Position numbers and translations under genes: made by a program. The notes under the pieces are model-generated. The model was not told the origin of the DNA, ran no database searches, and saw only the letters and a list, made by a program, of their open reading frames with translations. DNA of 64,000 bases, counting the filler, from Candidatus Hydrogenedentota bacterium (GTDB taxonomy: Bacteria > JBFMHD01), in the NCBI GenBank assembly GCA_040752395.1. It is 21 parts of 21 records of this genome, joined end to end, with 100 filler letters (N's around TTAATTAATTAA, not from the genome) between each part and the next. Parts side by side here need not be neighbours in the genome. Positions count along the whole stretch, not along the records: positions 9,360 to 11,052 come from JBFMHD010000336.1; positions 11,153 to 12,821 come from JBFMHD010000338.1; positions 12,922 to 14,569 come from JBFMHD010000339.1; positions 14,670 to 31,472 come from JBFMHD010000034.1; 17 more parts are not named here. One strand, written 5' to 3'. The stretch's first letter is position 1. Every line of letters starts with the position of its first letter. Below, in pieces: positions 10,789-21,430 of the stretch.

Positions 10789-11052
10789 ATGAGATACGCT
10801 TTTTATCCCGGATGTTCAATGCATGCAAGCGGACATGATTATCTCGAATCATTCATTGCCATATCCAAATATTTCGATATCGAGTTTGAAGAAGTTAGAG
10901 GCTGGACATGCTGTGCACCAGTCGCGGCTCATGGTGTGTCCCATCTCCTTTCAATCGCCGTACCTGCTGTCAATCTATCCATTGTTGAAAAAATGAACTA
11001 CAATACTGTCGTTGTTCCCTGCGCAGCCTGTTTCTCAAGATTCAAAGTTGCG
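10789..11052 (+). CDS. hdrB: Heterodisulfide reductase subunit B, 5' part
   Basis: YAFYPGCS, GWTCC and PCAACF (CCG domain); follows hdrC. Confidence 0.9.
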
Positions 11053-11155
11053 NNNNNNNNNNNNNNNNNNNNNNNNNNNNNNNNNNNNNNNNNNNNTTAA
11101 TTAATTAANNNNNNNNNNNNNNNNNNNNNNNNNNNNNNNNNNNNNNNNNNNNACA

Positions 11156-11446
11156 TTGACAAAAAGAGCTGTAAAACTTACTACTACTGCTGATATGAGT
11201 TTAGTTAGAGGAATTGCTATAGAAGATATTCTCGCCGGAGGAAAAGAAAAAAGAATAGCAAGAAGTGGAATAGTTTCTGCAAAAGTTCAAACTGGAGCAA
11301 CAGCAGTAACAATAGGAGATAAGTTAGGAACTTCTGCTAATTCTGGGAAATTAGGATTAGTTACTAATAATCCTGTTGCAATTGCATTACAGCCTGTAGC
11401 AGCGAATACAGATACTACGATAAAGGTTGATGTAAAGAGTTTGTAA
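11156..11446 (+). CDS. Phage capsid decoration/cement-like protein (5' partial)
   Basis: Small beta-rich G/A/T protein (GIA..., AVTIGDKL...GKL, VAIAL) in a phage-like gene order. Confidence 0.5.
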   Translation: MTKRAVKLTTTADMSLVRGIAIEDILAGGKEKRIARSGIVSAKVQTGATAVTIGDKLGTSANSGKLGLVTNNPVAIALQPVAANTDTTIKVDVKSL

Positions 11447-11545
11447 AAAAAATATTAGCTACAGAGGCATAAAGTTTAAATATCTTTATGTCCTCTGTGG
11501 CTAAAAGTTAGTAAATTATAAACTATAAAAAATAGGAGGTTAAAA

Positions 11546-11881
11546 ATGCAACTAATTTATTTTGACAATGCTAAAAAGAAAGGAATACCCCAATCACTTT
11601 CAGTTATGTTTAATGGAGAGACTTATAATTTCCCTTTAAATATTGAAGTGGATAATATAGATTCTCACATTGTAAAGGGGCTTATAGGTAATTGGGAGAA
11701 ACCAACAGATTGGGAAAAAGACATTCTTTTGGGTGTTACAACAAAAGATTGTCCCAGAAATAAGCTCTACACTATTGTAGATAATAGAATGGTAAATTTA
11801 TTTGAAACAATAGAAATAAAAAAAGAAGATAAAGAAGTTGTATCAGATATTGTAAAGGAACAAAATACAACTAAAAAATAA
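11546..11881 (+). CDS. Hypothetical phage protein
   Basis: AGGAGG RBS; co-oriented with phage-like neighbours. Confidence 0.6.
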   Translation: MQLIYFDNAKKKGIPQSLSVMFNGETYNFPLNIEVDNIDSHIVKGLIGNWEKPTDWEKDILLGVTTKDCPRNKLYTIVDNRMVNLFETIEIKKEDKEVVSDIVKEQNTTKK

Positions 11882-11898
11882 AAAAGGTAAAAAAGTTA

Positions 11899-12468
11899 GT
11901 GACACCCCAACAGATAATTGATAGAGCTAAAACTTTAATAGAGGCAGAAATAGAAGGAATTACAGACCCTACTTGGACTGCTGAAATGCTTGAGCAATGG
12001 TATCAAGATGCCCAAGATGATTTAATGCTTAAAGTTATAAACGAAAAATTATACTTTTTATATACTACTTCTACTACTATTACAACTTCTGGTGAATATG
12101 TAAGAGATGCAGATTTTGTTAAACTAATATTAGCTACACGGGTAAATAAACCGTGTTTTCCCAAAATGATAGAACAGAGTAAAAATAGTTTATTCAATGC
12201 AACAACAGAATTTCCAACCGTGCTTTTAAAGGAAGATAAGATTATTATAGAACCTCTTGATACTGTTGATGCACAAGTAATTTATATTAGAAAACCTAAA
12301 TTTGAATTAAATACAGAATCCGAAATACCCAAAGATTGGCAATATCTAATTCCTAATTATATTTGTGCAAAAGCATTGCAGAAGGATAAACAAGAGACTC
12401 GTGCAAGTTATTATAAATCTTTATTTGATGAAGGAATAGCAGTCATAAATGGAAAAAACAGCACTTGA
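11899..12468 (+). CDS. Phage head-tail adaptor-like protein
   Basis: MTPQQIIDRAK...WT..E..WYQDAQ, YIRKP and EIP..WQ..I..Y...KAL.KD pattern of adaptor proteins. Confidence 0.6.
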   Translation: MTPQQIIDRAKTLIEAEIEGITDPTWTAEMLEQWYQDAQDDLMLKVINEKLYFLYTTSTTITTSGEYVRDADFVKLILATRVNKPCFPKMIEQSKNSLFNATTEFPTVLLKEDKIIIEPLDTVDAQVIYIRKPKFELNTESEIPKDWQYLIPNYICAKALQKDKQETRASYYKSLFDEGIAVINGKNST

Positions 12469-12821
12469 AACAATATACAATCAGATAGTAATGGAAATAG
12501 GAGATGAATTAAAGACTAAATATCCACCTCAGTTTTATGTATTATTGATAAATAAGGCTATTAAATCTATATTTATATGGCTATTTCGGAAGGGAATAAT
12601 AACAGAAATTGCAACAGAAACAATTACTACTATAGTGGGACAGGAACAATATGATATTGCAGATGGAAAGACAGTAAGAATAGAAGATAGTAATAAGATT
12701 GAATTACCTCGCAAAGAGTTAGATTATAAATTTAATTATCTTACTAATGGATTACCTCAATATTATTTTGAATTAATACCTAAAATTGGTTTTATGCCAA
12801 AACCAGGTAGTATTTTAACAT
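12449..12821 (+). CDS. Second phage adaptor-like protein (3' truncated)
   Basis: LINKAIK, TI.GQEQY and G.PQYY...IGF.PKP pattern. Confidence 0.5.
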
Positions 12822-12921
12822 NNNNNNNNNNNNNNNNNNNNNNNNNNNNNNNNNNNNNNNNNNNNTTAATTAATTAANNNNNNNNNNNNNNNNNNNNNNN
12901 NNNNNNNNNNNNNNNNNNNNN

Positions 12922-13014
12922 GCTCTACACAAAGGATGAAAAACCAGATGTTTGTTTATCTTGCTTCTTGCTTCTACTTGATATCATTAGAGTTACAACG
13001 TTTTTCAGAGGAGG
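12922..13014 (+). repeat. Composite repeat, short variant lacking the GAGTC and GGCT hairpins
   Basis: GCTCTACACAAAGGATGAAAAACCAGATGTTTGTTTATCTTGCTTC...TTTTTCAGAGGAG, as at 35040-35133 and 52470-52575. Confidence 0.95.
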
Positions 13015-13024
13015 AATTAAGGAC

Positions 13025-14005
13025 TTGATAATCGTTACTGGTGGTGCCGGGTTTATTGGAAGTGCAGTTTGCTGGGGATTGAATAAAAGAGGCATTGATA
13101 ATATACTTATTGTAGATAGTTTAGGGGATGATGATAAATGGAAAAATATAAGAGGGCTGAAATTTTCAGATTATATTGAGAAAGATGCGTTTATAGAGAA
13201 GATAATTGAGGGTAAATTAGATTTCGCGATTGAAATTATATTTCATCTTGGAGCCTGCTCTGATACGCTATGTAGAGATGCAAGATTTTTTATTTTTAAT
13301 AATTATGAATATTCAAAAGAGCTTGCAATGTTTTGTATAAAGAAAAATATAAGATTTATTTATGCTTCCAGCGCTGCAACCTATGGCGATGGTGGGGCAG
13401 GTTATGAAGATGATGAAGACAGGTTAGAAACTTTGCGACCACTAAATATGTATGGATATTCAAAACAACTTTTTGATTTATGGGCTAAAAAACAGGGAAT
13501 TTTAAAAAACATAGTAGGGCTTAAATATTTTAATGTATTCGGACCAAATGAATATCATAAAGCCGAGATGAGGAGTAAAATATTAAAAGCATTCTATGAA
13601 ATTAAAGAAACAGGTAAAATAAAGTTGTTTAAGTCATACAGGAAAGAGTACAGAGATGGTTATCAGAAACGAGATTTTCTATATATAAAAGATGCGGTTG
13701 ATATGACTTTATTTTTTATGGATAAAATTGATAAAAATGGTATATATAATATTGGTGAGGGTAAAGCACGAGCATGGATAGATTTAGCAAATGCTGTATT
13801 TGGAGCTCTTGGGAAAAAGACCGAGATAGAGTTTATTGATATGCCAGAAGATTTAAAAGACAGGTACCAATATTTTACAGAAGCGGATATATCAAAGATA
13901 AGAAGAGCAGGATATAAAGAAAACATTATGTCTTTTGAGGATGCAGTTAAAGATTATGTCTGCAATTATCTGATCCATCATAAACATCTTGACTTTGCTG
14001 ATTAA
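13025..14005 (+). CDS. hldD: ADP-L-glycero-D-manno-heptose 6-epimerase
   Basis: IIVTGGAGFIGS, YASSAATYG, PLNMYGYSK, KYFNVFGPNEYHK and YQYFTEAD; TTG start inferred. Confidence 0.95.
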   Translation: MIIVTGGAGFIGSAVCWGLNKRGIDNILIVDSLGDDDKWKNIRGLKFSDYIEKDAFIEKIIEGKLDFAIEIIFHLGACSDTLCRDARFFIFNNYEYSKELAMFCIKKNIRFIYASSAATYGDGGAGYEDDEDRLETLRPLNMYGYSKQLFDLWAKKQGILKNIVGLKYFNVFGPNEYHKAEMRSKILKAFYEIKETGKIKLFKSYRKEYRDGYQKRDFLYIKDAVDMTLFFMDKIDKNGIYNIGEGKARAWIDLANAVFGALGKKTEIEFIDMPEDLKDRYQYFTEADISKIRRAGYKENIMSFEDAVKDYVCNYLIHHKHLDFAD

Positions 14006-14127
14006 AGGAGATAATATGTAAGACAAGCGGTCCGGCAAGTTTTTATCGCGACTGATCATCCTGAAGCCCGAGGTTCTGAAGATTCTCAAGTGAAATGAAA
14101 AATAACAAAGGATGGGGCACTCAAATT

Positions 14128-14569
14128 ATGAATAAAAGATATAATATAGACAAAATATTAAAAGGGATTGAAGAACTAAAAGAAAGCCAGAAGAAGACAG
14201 ATGAGCAGTTAAAGAGAACAGATGCAGAGATAGATAAACTTGCCAAGGAGGCAGATGAACGGTCAAAGAGAACAGATGATGAGATAGATAGACTTACTAA
14301 GAAGACAGATGCAGAGATAGAGAAAGTTAACAAGATGGTAGGTGATTTAACAGATGGCTGGGGTAAATTCGTAGAAGGGCTTGTTGAACCAGCTATCTGG
14401 GTGCTATTTAAAAGATTGGGTTATAAAATAAATAAGACATTACAGCGAGCGAGTTCAAATGTAAATGGTAGGAATTTAGAGATAGATATTCTTGCGATAG
14501 GTAAAAACAGGGATGGAGAAGATATAGTTTTAGTGATAGAGGTAAAAAGTAATTTAACAATAAGGGAAG
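14128..14569 (+). CDS. Coiled-coil plus PD-(D/E)XK nuclease-like protein (DUF3782-like), 3' truncated
   Basis: Repeated KTDxxI heptads, WGKFVEGLV, EIDIL...VIEVKS. Confidence 0.75.
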
Positions 14570-14669
14570 NNNNNNNNNNNNNNNNNNNNNNNNNNNNNNN
14601 NNNNNNNNNNNNNTTAATTAATTAANNNNNNNNNNNNNNNNNNNNNNNNNNNNNNNNNNNNNNNNNNNN

Positions 14670-15012
14670 AGAGTCGTGAGTCAAAAAACACAAAAAATCG
14701 GGAAAAACCGGAGAAAAACGAAAAAAAACTGGACGGTTCTGGTTTTTCTTGTTTCTGCATTCCGCATTCTTACTGATACTTCTCACTTCTCACTTCTTAC
14801 TTTTCAGAGTAGGCACAAAGGCACAAAGGCACAATTGAAAATTGAAGATTGGAAATTGTAAATTGCAAAATTAACGAAAAAACAACGGAGTGAAGGAGGG
14901 CAAATAGATTTGAAATTTGCAATTTGCACTTTACAATTTACAATGGAGCGAAGCGACAAGAGGCAAGAAGCAAGAAACGAAAAACCGCCGTAGTGGCGGA
15001 AGAACACCGCCC
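14670..15012 (+). repeat. Mosaic of several tandem 7-8-mer modules
   Basis: GAGTC, CTTCTCA, GGCACAAA, AATTGNA/TGCAATT and GCAAGAA units in series. Confidence 0.85.
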
Positions 15013-15082
15013 AGTAGAAATTTTATTGAAGACAGGTGGATTATGGCATAGTATAAGAATCTCAAGGGGGGGTGAATGCGCA

Positions 15083-15346
15083 ATGGCTTTTAAACCAAGA
15101 AAATTGATTTTGCTGTTTCTTTTTATTCTGGTTGCAGGAGCCGCGATCTATATAATCGACAAATATTATGGTGATTATATACTACGCGGAGATCTTGTTA
15201 AAATCAGAAAATTTTTATATTTCTGGAGAGACACAGGTAAAGAGATAAAAGAAGATTTAACAAAAGAAAGAGAACAGGTTGATAAGAAAAAGACAATACT
15301 TCAAGAAATGAAAATGGATTACGAAGAAAAAGATAAGTCAAAGTAG
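15083..15346 (+). CDS. Small single-pass membrane protein
   Basis: GGGGGGTG RBS, N-terminal hydrophobic helix, charged tail. Confidence 0.6.
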   Translation: MAFKPRKLILLFLFILVAGAAIYIIDKYYGDYILRGDLVKIRKFLYFWRDTGKEIKEDLTKEREQVDKKKTILQEMKMDYEEKDKSK

Positions 15347-15610
15347 ATTTGATTCTATAAGACGATATGTTATCGCTTGCGGGTTTGTTATTCTGACTTT
15401 CTATACTTTTGTTATCGTAATAGATGTTGATTTTAATTATATTTTAGCAAAAGATAGACAGAGAATAGCTAAATTGATAAGATATTACAATAAAATTAAA
15501 GATGATATAGAAAAAGATTTTACAGAAAAGAAAGAGGAAATTGATAAAAAGAAAGCTGTGCTTGATGAAATGAAAATGAATTATTAAAAGCCGCAAGTGA
15601 GGAATTATTT

Positions 15611-15826
15611 ATGGAAGGTATAGTTATAGGTGAAGAGGATTTAACTGAAATTTTATGGGATTTGCAGAAGTTACATTGGTATGCAAAAAAAGGTGGCAAG
15701 ATGGAACATTTGATACTATGCCTGGGAGAGATCCAGCAAAGTATCGATGATGTGATTAAAGGAAGAAATAAGACATATAGAAATATGAACTCAGCTATAT
15801 TGTCAAAAGAAGAAGGGGGTGAGTGA
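15611..15826 (+). CDS. Hypothetical protein
   Basis: GAGGA RBS, 71-aa ORF. Confidence 0.5.
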   Translation: MEGIVIGEEDLTEILWDLQKLHWYAKKGGKMEHLILCLGEIQQSIDDVIKGRNKTYRNMNSAILSKEEGGE

Positions 15827-16103
15827 GAGGAGTCGTCATGAGCGCTTTTGTGCTCTACACTATTGGGTTCTTGGGTTCTTGGGTTATTGCGTTTTTGCGT
15901 TCTAAATTCTGGTTGCTGACCCCCGATTTCTGCATTTTGTATTTTGAATTTTTTAAAGGATGTTGGCTTCAGGCTCCGGGCTTTTGGCTCCAGCCGGCTG
16001 TAGTCCGTAGCCTGTAGCCTGTAGCCCGTCCTGATACTTCTCACTTCTTCCGTTATCTTGCTTCTATTTGATATTATTAGAGTTACAATGTTTTTCAGAG
16101 GAG
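15826..16103 (+). repeat. Composite intergenic repeat copy (variant)
   Basis: GGAG-TCGT-CATGAGCGC left end, TTGGGTTC tract, GGCT/AGCC hairpin, TTTTTCAGAGGAG right end. Confidence 0.95.
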
Positions 16104-16108
16104 TATAA

Positions 16109-17623
16109 ATGATGAAAGTAAAAAAGTTTAAACCAAAATCAGATATCAAAAAATCTCAAACTAAAAGAAAAAAATTGAAGATTTTATTTGTTACAAGTGA
16201 GTCAGTACCTTTTGCTAAAACCGGTGGGCTTGCAGACGTTTCATTAGCCCTGCCCGCTCAATTAATAAAACAGGGATTAGATGTTCGAGTTATATTGCCT
16301 AAATATAAAAATATTGATGAAAAAAGAATAAAATTAGAGTACGTTGCTTGTAATATACCTGTAAAAATATCAGACCGTACAGAAAATATGGATATCTTAT
16401 CATCAACAATTAATCATACCAAATATTATCTTATAAAAAAAGATAAATATTATGATAGAGAAGAATTATATCAGACCAAAGAAGGAGATTATCCTGATAA
16501 TTGCGAACGGTTTACTTATTTCTCACGAGCTGTTTTAGAAGCACTAAAAGCTATTGATTTTAAACCAGATATCATTCATTGTAATGACTGGCAGACAGGA
16601 TTGATACCTGTCTATTTAAAAACACTATATAAAACCGATCACTTCTTTAATAATATAAAATCTGTCTTTACAATACATAATATCGCATATCAGGGGTTAT
16701 TCTGGTATCTTGATATGCATTTAACAGGACTTGACCAGGCACTTTTTACTTACGATAAACTTGAATTTTATGGTAAATTGAATTACCTGAAAGCAGGGAT
16801 AGTTTTTGCTGATAAAATAACTACAGTGAGTCAAAAATATATTGAAGAGATAAAGACTCCTGAGTTAGGATACGGACTTCATAATACAATCAAATATCGG
16901 GCAAACGATTTGACAGGCATTATTAATGGCGCGGATTATAATATATGGGATCCCCCAAAAGATGGATACATAGCTAAAAATTATACTATAAAATCAGTAA
17001 CACAAGGTAAAAAAGCCTGTAAAAAAGATTTACAAATCGTAGCTGATTTAAGTCTTAATGAGGATATACCACTTATAGGAATGATCTCACGTCTCGCTGA
17101 ACATAAAGGATTTGATATACTTTCTGAAGTAATTGATGAGATAATGAATCTGGGAGTAGAGTTTGTTTTATTAGGGACCGGGGAACAAAAATATTATGAT
17201 CTATTTACAAGGGTGAAAAGTAAACACCCTGATTACTGTAGTATAAATTTTATTTTTAATGATGAGCTTGCGCATAAAATAGAGGCAGGAGCAGATATAT
17301 ATCTTATGCCGTCACGATATGAACCCTGTGGCTTGAACCAATTGTATAGTATGAGATATGGCACTATACCTGTAGTGAGGGCCACGGGTGGATTAGCTGA
17401 TACTGTAAAACCAGTTGATATCAAGACAGGAGAAGGTACAGGATTTGTCTTTACAGAATATTCTAAAGAGGCTTTATTTAAAACAATTAAAGAAGCCGTT
17501 GAGTTATATAGAAACGATAAAAAATTCTGGTTAAAATTGCAGCAGAATGCTATGAGAGAAAATTTTTCGTGGGAGGTATCAGCTAAAAAATATATAGAAC
17601 TATATAGATCCCTTATTCAGTAA
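16109..17623 (+). CDS. glgA: Glycogen synthase
   Basis: PFAKTGGLADV, IHCNDWQTG, FTIHNIAYQG and SRYEPCGLNQL. Confidence 0.97.
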   Translation: MMKVKKFKPKSDIKKSQTKRKKLKILFVTSESVPFAKTGGLADVSLALPAQLIKQGLDVRVILPKYKNIDEKRIKLEYVACNIPVKISDRTENMDILSSTINHTKYYLIKKDKYYDREELYQTKEGDYPDNCERFTYFSRAVLEALKAIDFKPDIIHCNDWQTGLIPVYLKTLYKTDHFFNNIKSVFTIHNIAYQGLFWYLDMHLTGLDQALFTYDKLEFYGKLNYLKAGIVFADKITTVSQKYIEEIKTPELGYGLHNTIKYRANDLTGIINGADYNIWDPPKDGYIAKNYTIKSVTQGKKACKKDLQIVADLSLNEDIPLIGMISRLAEHKGFDILSEVIDEIMNLGVEFVLLGTGEQKYYDLFTRVKSKHPDYCSINFIFNDELAHKIEAGADIYLMPSRYEPCGLNQLYSMRYGTIPVVRATGGLADTVKPVDIKTGEGTGFVFTEYSKEALFKTIKEAVELYRNDKKFWLKLQQNAMRENFSWEVSAKKYIELYRSLIQ

Positions 17624-17684
17624 ATCATTTTTAATCTTTTATAATTTTGTTGACAATATATTCGTTATATAATAAAAATCAATT

Positions 17685-18488
17685 ATGAAACGGTTTGTTA
17701 TATTTTTAAGTAGTATTTTTGTTCTTCCAATTACTATTTTGGCTGACCCATGGGTTTTACCTAAGGGACAATCCTATGCTTTATTTTATTTTAGTATAGC
17801 TACTGTTGATAAATATTTTGACGATAATTCAGATGATATCAGATTAGCCGGTGATTTAAATATTTTAAAGGTAGCAGCTAATTATAGTGTTGGGATTAGA
17901 GACCATCTTGGAATTAGATTAGAAATCCCGTATTCTCGATGGGAGCGTGAATTTCCCGGCAATACAGACGTAAACAGTGGTATAGGTGATTCAGAGATTG
18001 ATTTAAAATACACCCTTGTAAAAAGAGATTTATATGCTGTAAGTCTTCTTTGTGGTATTAAAATACCAGGAAGTTATGAGGAGAATAAGATAAATTCGCC
18101 TGGTGATGGGAGTATTGATGTTCCTGTTGGCGTTAGTTTTGGTGGAGTATATCAGCAGTACTTTTATGATATAGATTTTATATACAGGTTCCGCTCTCAG
18201 GAACCACGGGATGAGGTTGAGATAAACATAGATGGTGGTATACGGCCAAGTGAGAACTTCTTATTAAAATTACATTACACAAAGGTTGATTCGTTTGGCG
18301 GAAAAGGTGTCAGTGATGCAAATTTCAGATACGAAGAACTTGAAGAGGATTTTGACAGAGGAGGAATTACTATTGATTTTATACCGGGTAATAAATGGGA
18401 TTTTTTTGTTGATTATACCTGGACTATTGATGGTCGAAATACACCTGAATTAGATTTGTTCACTTCTGGCTTTGGAGTTTCGTTTTAA
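17685..18488 (+). CDS. Outer-membrane beta-barrel protein
   Basis: Signal peptide, SGIGD..I.LKY motif, C-terminal Phe. Confidence 0.7.
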   Translation: MKRFVIFLSSIFVLPITILADPWVLPKGQSYALFYFSIATVDKYFDDNSDDIRLAGDLNILKVAANYSVGIRDHLGIRLEIPYSRWEREFPGNTDVNSGIGDSEIDLKYTLVKRDLYAVSLLCGIKIPGSYEENKINSPGDGSIDVPVGVSFGGVYQQYFYDIDFIYRFRSQEPRDEVEINIDGGIRPSENFLLKLHYTKVDSFGGKGVSDANFRYEELEEDFDRGGITIDFIPGNKWDFFVDYTWTIDGRNTPELDLFTSGFGVSF

Positions 18489-18664
18489 AGATCCACCATC
18501 TCTCTTGAGATTCTTCAGCCCTTCGGCCTTATTAATTCTTTTGGCTAATTACATAAAAATTATGAGATTTTTTAAGAAAAGGCAATATTATTCTTAATGG
18601 TAATGTTATTATTCTGTCTATAATTTTATAAAAAGTGTTTTCAAATTTATCTGGATAATTATGT

Positions 18665-18975
18665 CCTGACTTGTCCAGATTAGTGCGACACGGCTAATTT
18701 TTCAATAAAGTTAATATTTCATCAGATAATTCGGTCCGTATTATAACTTCTTCATTAGTAATAGTATTTAAAAGCCTTACGTCAGTAACTTTTTTCAACA
18801 GCTTGACTATTTTCTTTATTGATCTGCCTGTCTGTAGTTCAATATATTTACATACAGCAAGTGCCATAAAACAAATCAATATATGTGCCTCGATGGTTTG
18901 TCTCTTAAAATGATAGATTGGTCGCATAGCCAAATCACTTTTGGCGATTCTAAATACCTGTTCAACATGCCACAA
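18665..18975 (-). mobile_element. IS1634-family transposase 3' remnant with terminal CCTGA
   Basis: WHVEQVFRIAKSDL.MRPIYH...IEAHILICFMAL motif; CCTGACTTGTC end at 18665. Confidence 0.8.
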
Positions 18976-19294
18976 GTTATGATAGTGTGTGAGGTCTTTT
19001 TTAAACCCTGTTTATCGCATCTAAAGATGCTCACTATATTTTTTATTTTTTGTAATTTCAATATAATCAATATAATGTAAAGAGGGTTACAAGACCCGTT
19101 CTTTAGACTTTAGACCTGTCTTTAAAAAATGAGGTTTTAAAAGAGACCTGTAATGTGAGTCTTGACAATTCAGGCATTAGAGAAAGGGTTTTTCAGAGAG
19201 ACCTGTTATAAGCCTGTCCGGGCTAAAATAGCACTATTTATTTCTTGAATCTCTTTTTTTTATACTATATATTTTATTTGCAGAATATAAGATA

Positions 19295-20527
19295 ATGATA
19301 ATACCAAGAAATCGTCCAAATTTTGAATTTAAGGATTTATTAGAAATTTATCCGCGATTAATAAAGAATAGAGAAGTGATTGAGGAACAATGTATTGCTT
19401 CTTTGGAAAAAATTACTGGTTTTAAATATATTATTTTATTCCCATTTGCTCGAAGCGCTATTTACACACTACTAAATGCTCTTAATATAAAGGAGAAAGA
19501 GATAATTCTTCCGTCATATATATGCAAAGTTGTACCCCAAGCAGTACTTCTATCTCAGAATAGACCAGTATTTATTGACATTCTTGAGAAAGACTTTAAT
19601 ATTGATTTGTCACAGATTAAAACGAACATTAATCAAAATACAGGTGTAATTATACCTGCACTTATGTATGGTAATCCCTTAACTGATGATCTGGATACCG
19701 CTGTTTTACAAAAAAATAATATTTTACTAATAGAAGATGCTGCCATGGCATTTGGAAATAGAAACCTTCTTTCACTAAGATATCCATACAGTTGCGTAGT
19801 ATATAGTTTTAACATTGGTAAGATTATCTCTTCAATCGAAGGCGGTATGATTGCGACAAACAACAAGCAGATTTATGATAAGTTGAATCAATATATATAT
19901 AACAACATTCTGTCACAGGCGCTTTATGGTAAAGTTAGAATTATTTTGAAATATTTTACTATTCTTTTGTTTTTTAATGATTTTTTTTATAAACTTATTT
20001 ATTTATTAAGAAAATCAGAATATTTATCAACAAAAATCGCTCTTGATACATCGTTAAAAATTGATATTGATACTTTTAGAATAAAAAATATCTCCAATCT
20101 ACAGATGCTTTTATTATTGTCTCAAATTAAAAAGTTGGATTTTGAATATAAAAAGAGAGAAGAACTTTTCGATTATTTCAATAATAATTTTTCAATTATG
20201 GATGAGATACAGCTCCCTCAAAAAATAGATGGATCTTCCCTATCTCATTATACTTTAATAACTAAAAATATAAAAAGGGACTTTTTGAGGAAGGAACTTC
20301 ATAAGTCTGGCATAGAAACAATCCAGGCTTATGATTACTCGATACCTTATTTAAAAGAATATTCTAATTATAAAGGGGATAGAGAATACCCAGTTGCTTT
20401 ATATATTTCAAAGCATTCAATAACATTACCTTTTTATTATAGATTATCGTTTAAACAAGCTGAACATATTGTTAAAATGTGTAAAAAAATTATTTTATAT
20501 TCTAAACAAAAATCTTCCAATGTATAA
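19295..20527 (+). CDS. DegT/DnrJ/EryC1/StrS aminotransferase family protein
   Basis: IEDAAMAFG, YSFNIGKII...EGG and ITLPFY motifs. Confidence 0.9.
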   Translation: MIIPRNRPNFEFKDLLEIYPRLIKNREVIEEQCIASLEKITGFKYIILFPFARSAIYTLLNALNIKEKEIILPSYICKVVPQAVLLSQNRPVFIDILEKDFNIDLSQIKTNINQNTGVIIPALMYGNPLTDDLDTAVLQKNNILLIEDAAMAFGNRNLLSLRYPYSCVVYSFNIGKIISSIEGGMIATNNKQIYDKLNQYIYNNILSQALYGKVRIILKYFTILLFFNDFFYKLIYLLRKSEYLSTKIALDTSLKIDIDTFRIKNISNLQMLLLLSQIKKLDFEYKKREELFDYFNNNFSIMDEIQLPQKIDGSSLSHYTLITKNIKRDFLRKELHKSGIETIQAYDYSIPYLKEYSNYKGDREYPVALYISKHSITLPFYYRLSFKQAEHIVKMCKKIILYSKQKSSNV

Positions 20528-21182
20528 AATTAAAAATTATATTATAAAACTGATCTGGAAATTAACCTCAAACACCTCTAAACACGGCTTTCGTGAATTA
20601 AATATACCCAACATTATTATTGACGAGGTTTTAAAAGAATTTGGTAAAATTGAAAAAGATGATTTAATACTTGATGCAGGATGTGGTGGCGGTTTTTTAT
20701 GCAATTCTCTTGCTAAATTAAGTTATAAGGTTGTTGGGATAGATTATGTACTAAAATTTAATAAAAATTATAATGGTTCTTTTATAATATGTGATATAAA
20801 ACATCTACCATTCAAATCTTCGATTTTTGACAAGATAATCTGCTATAGTGTATTACAATATATAGGGCCTAAAGAAAATATTCTAAAAGTATTAAAAGAA
20901 TTTTATCGGATCCTGAAATCCGGTAAAAAAATATTTATCGGTGAAATTGTTACTCAAAAAGGATATTTTAATGACCATCTTATTAGTTCTGATATACCAA
21001 TAATTAGAAAAATATTATTATTCTTCTATTTAAATATTGTGTATCAATACTATTTTTATCCTCGAGATGAGTGGATAAGTATGTTTAATGAATTAAATTT
21101 TAAATATCATTTTGTACAGCAGGATACTCGTATGCCTTATCATAAAAATATGGTTCATTGTTTATTGGAAAAAAATGAGTAA
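20520..21182 (+). CDS. Class I SAM-dependent methyltransferase
   Basis: ILDAGCGGG, LPF...FD and RILKSG motifs. Confidence 0.88.
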   Translation: MYKIKNYIIKLIWKLTSNTSKHGFRELNIPNIIIDEVLKEFGKIEKDDLILDAGCGGGFLCNSLAKLSYKVVGIDYVLKFNKNYNGSFIICDIKHLPFKSSIFDKIICYSVLQYIGPKENILKVLKEFYRILKSGKKIFIGEIVTQKGYFNDHLISSDIPIIRKILLFFYLNIVYQYYFYPRDEWISMFNELNFKYHFVQQDTRMPYHKNMVHCLLEKNE

Positions 21183-21430
21183 TAAAATTCATAAAATAAA
21201 AAAAGAATTTTAGTTTTCTTTTTTTATCTTTCTGGCAAGGAAAACAGAATGTATATTATTACTTATTTTTTTATACTAATAAAATAATATTTCTTTTCAG
21301 TAATATTGTTAAACTGAAATTTTATGACATTTTTGACCTCATAATTACAGGTTCGTATATCAATTTTATCCTTCCAGGAATCGGCGAGATATTCAGGATA
21401 AGCGGTGTGGCGAAAAACTTGCAGGACTGC

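Noticed and set aside
15520-16149. ORFs 15520-16149(-), 15823-16017, 31521-31724, 14676-15007 and the N-terminal extensions of hldD and thiG ([10 protein letters not shown]...)
   Set aside because: These are translations of the non-coding repeat; the same peptides recur wherever the repeat does
21325-21430. Possible tyrosine-recombinase relic (FRHT...DIRT) on the minus strand
   Set aside because: Only two short motif matches, with no start and no LLGH; could be chance
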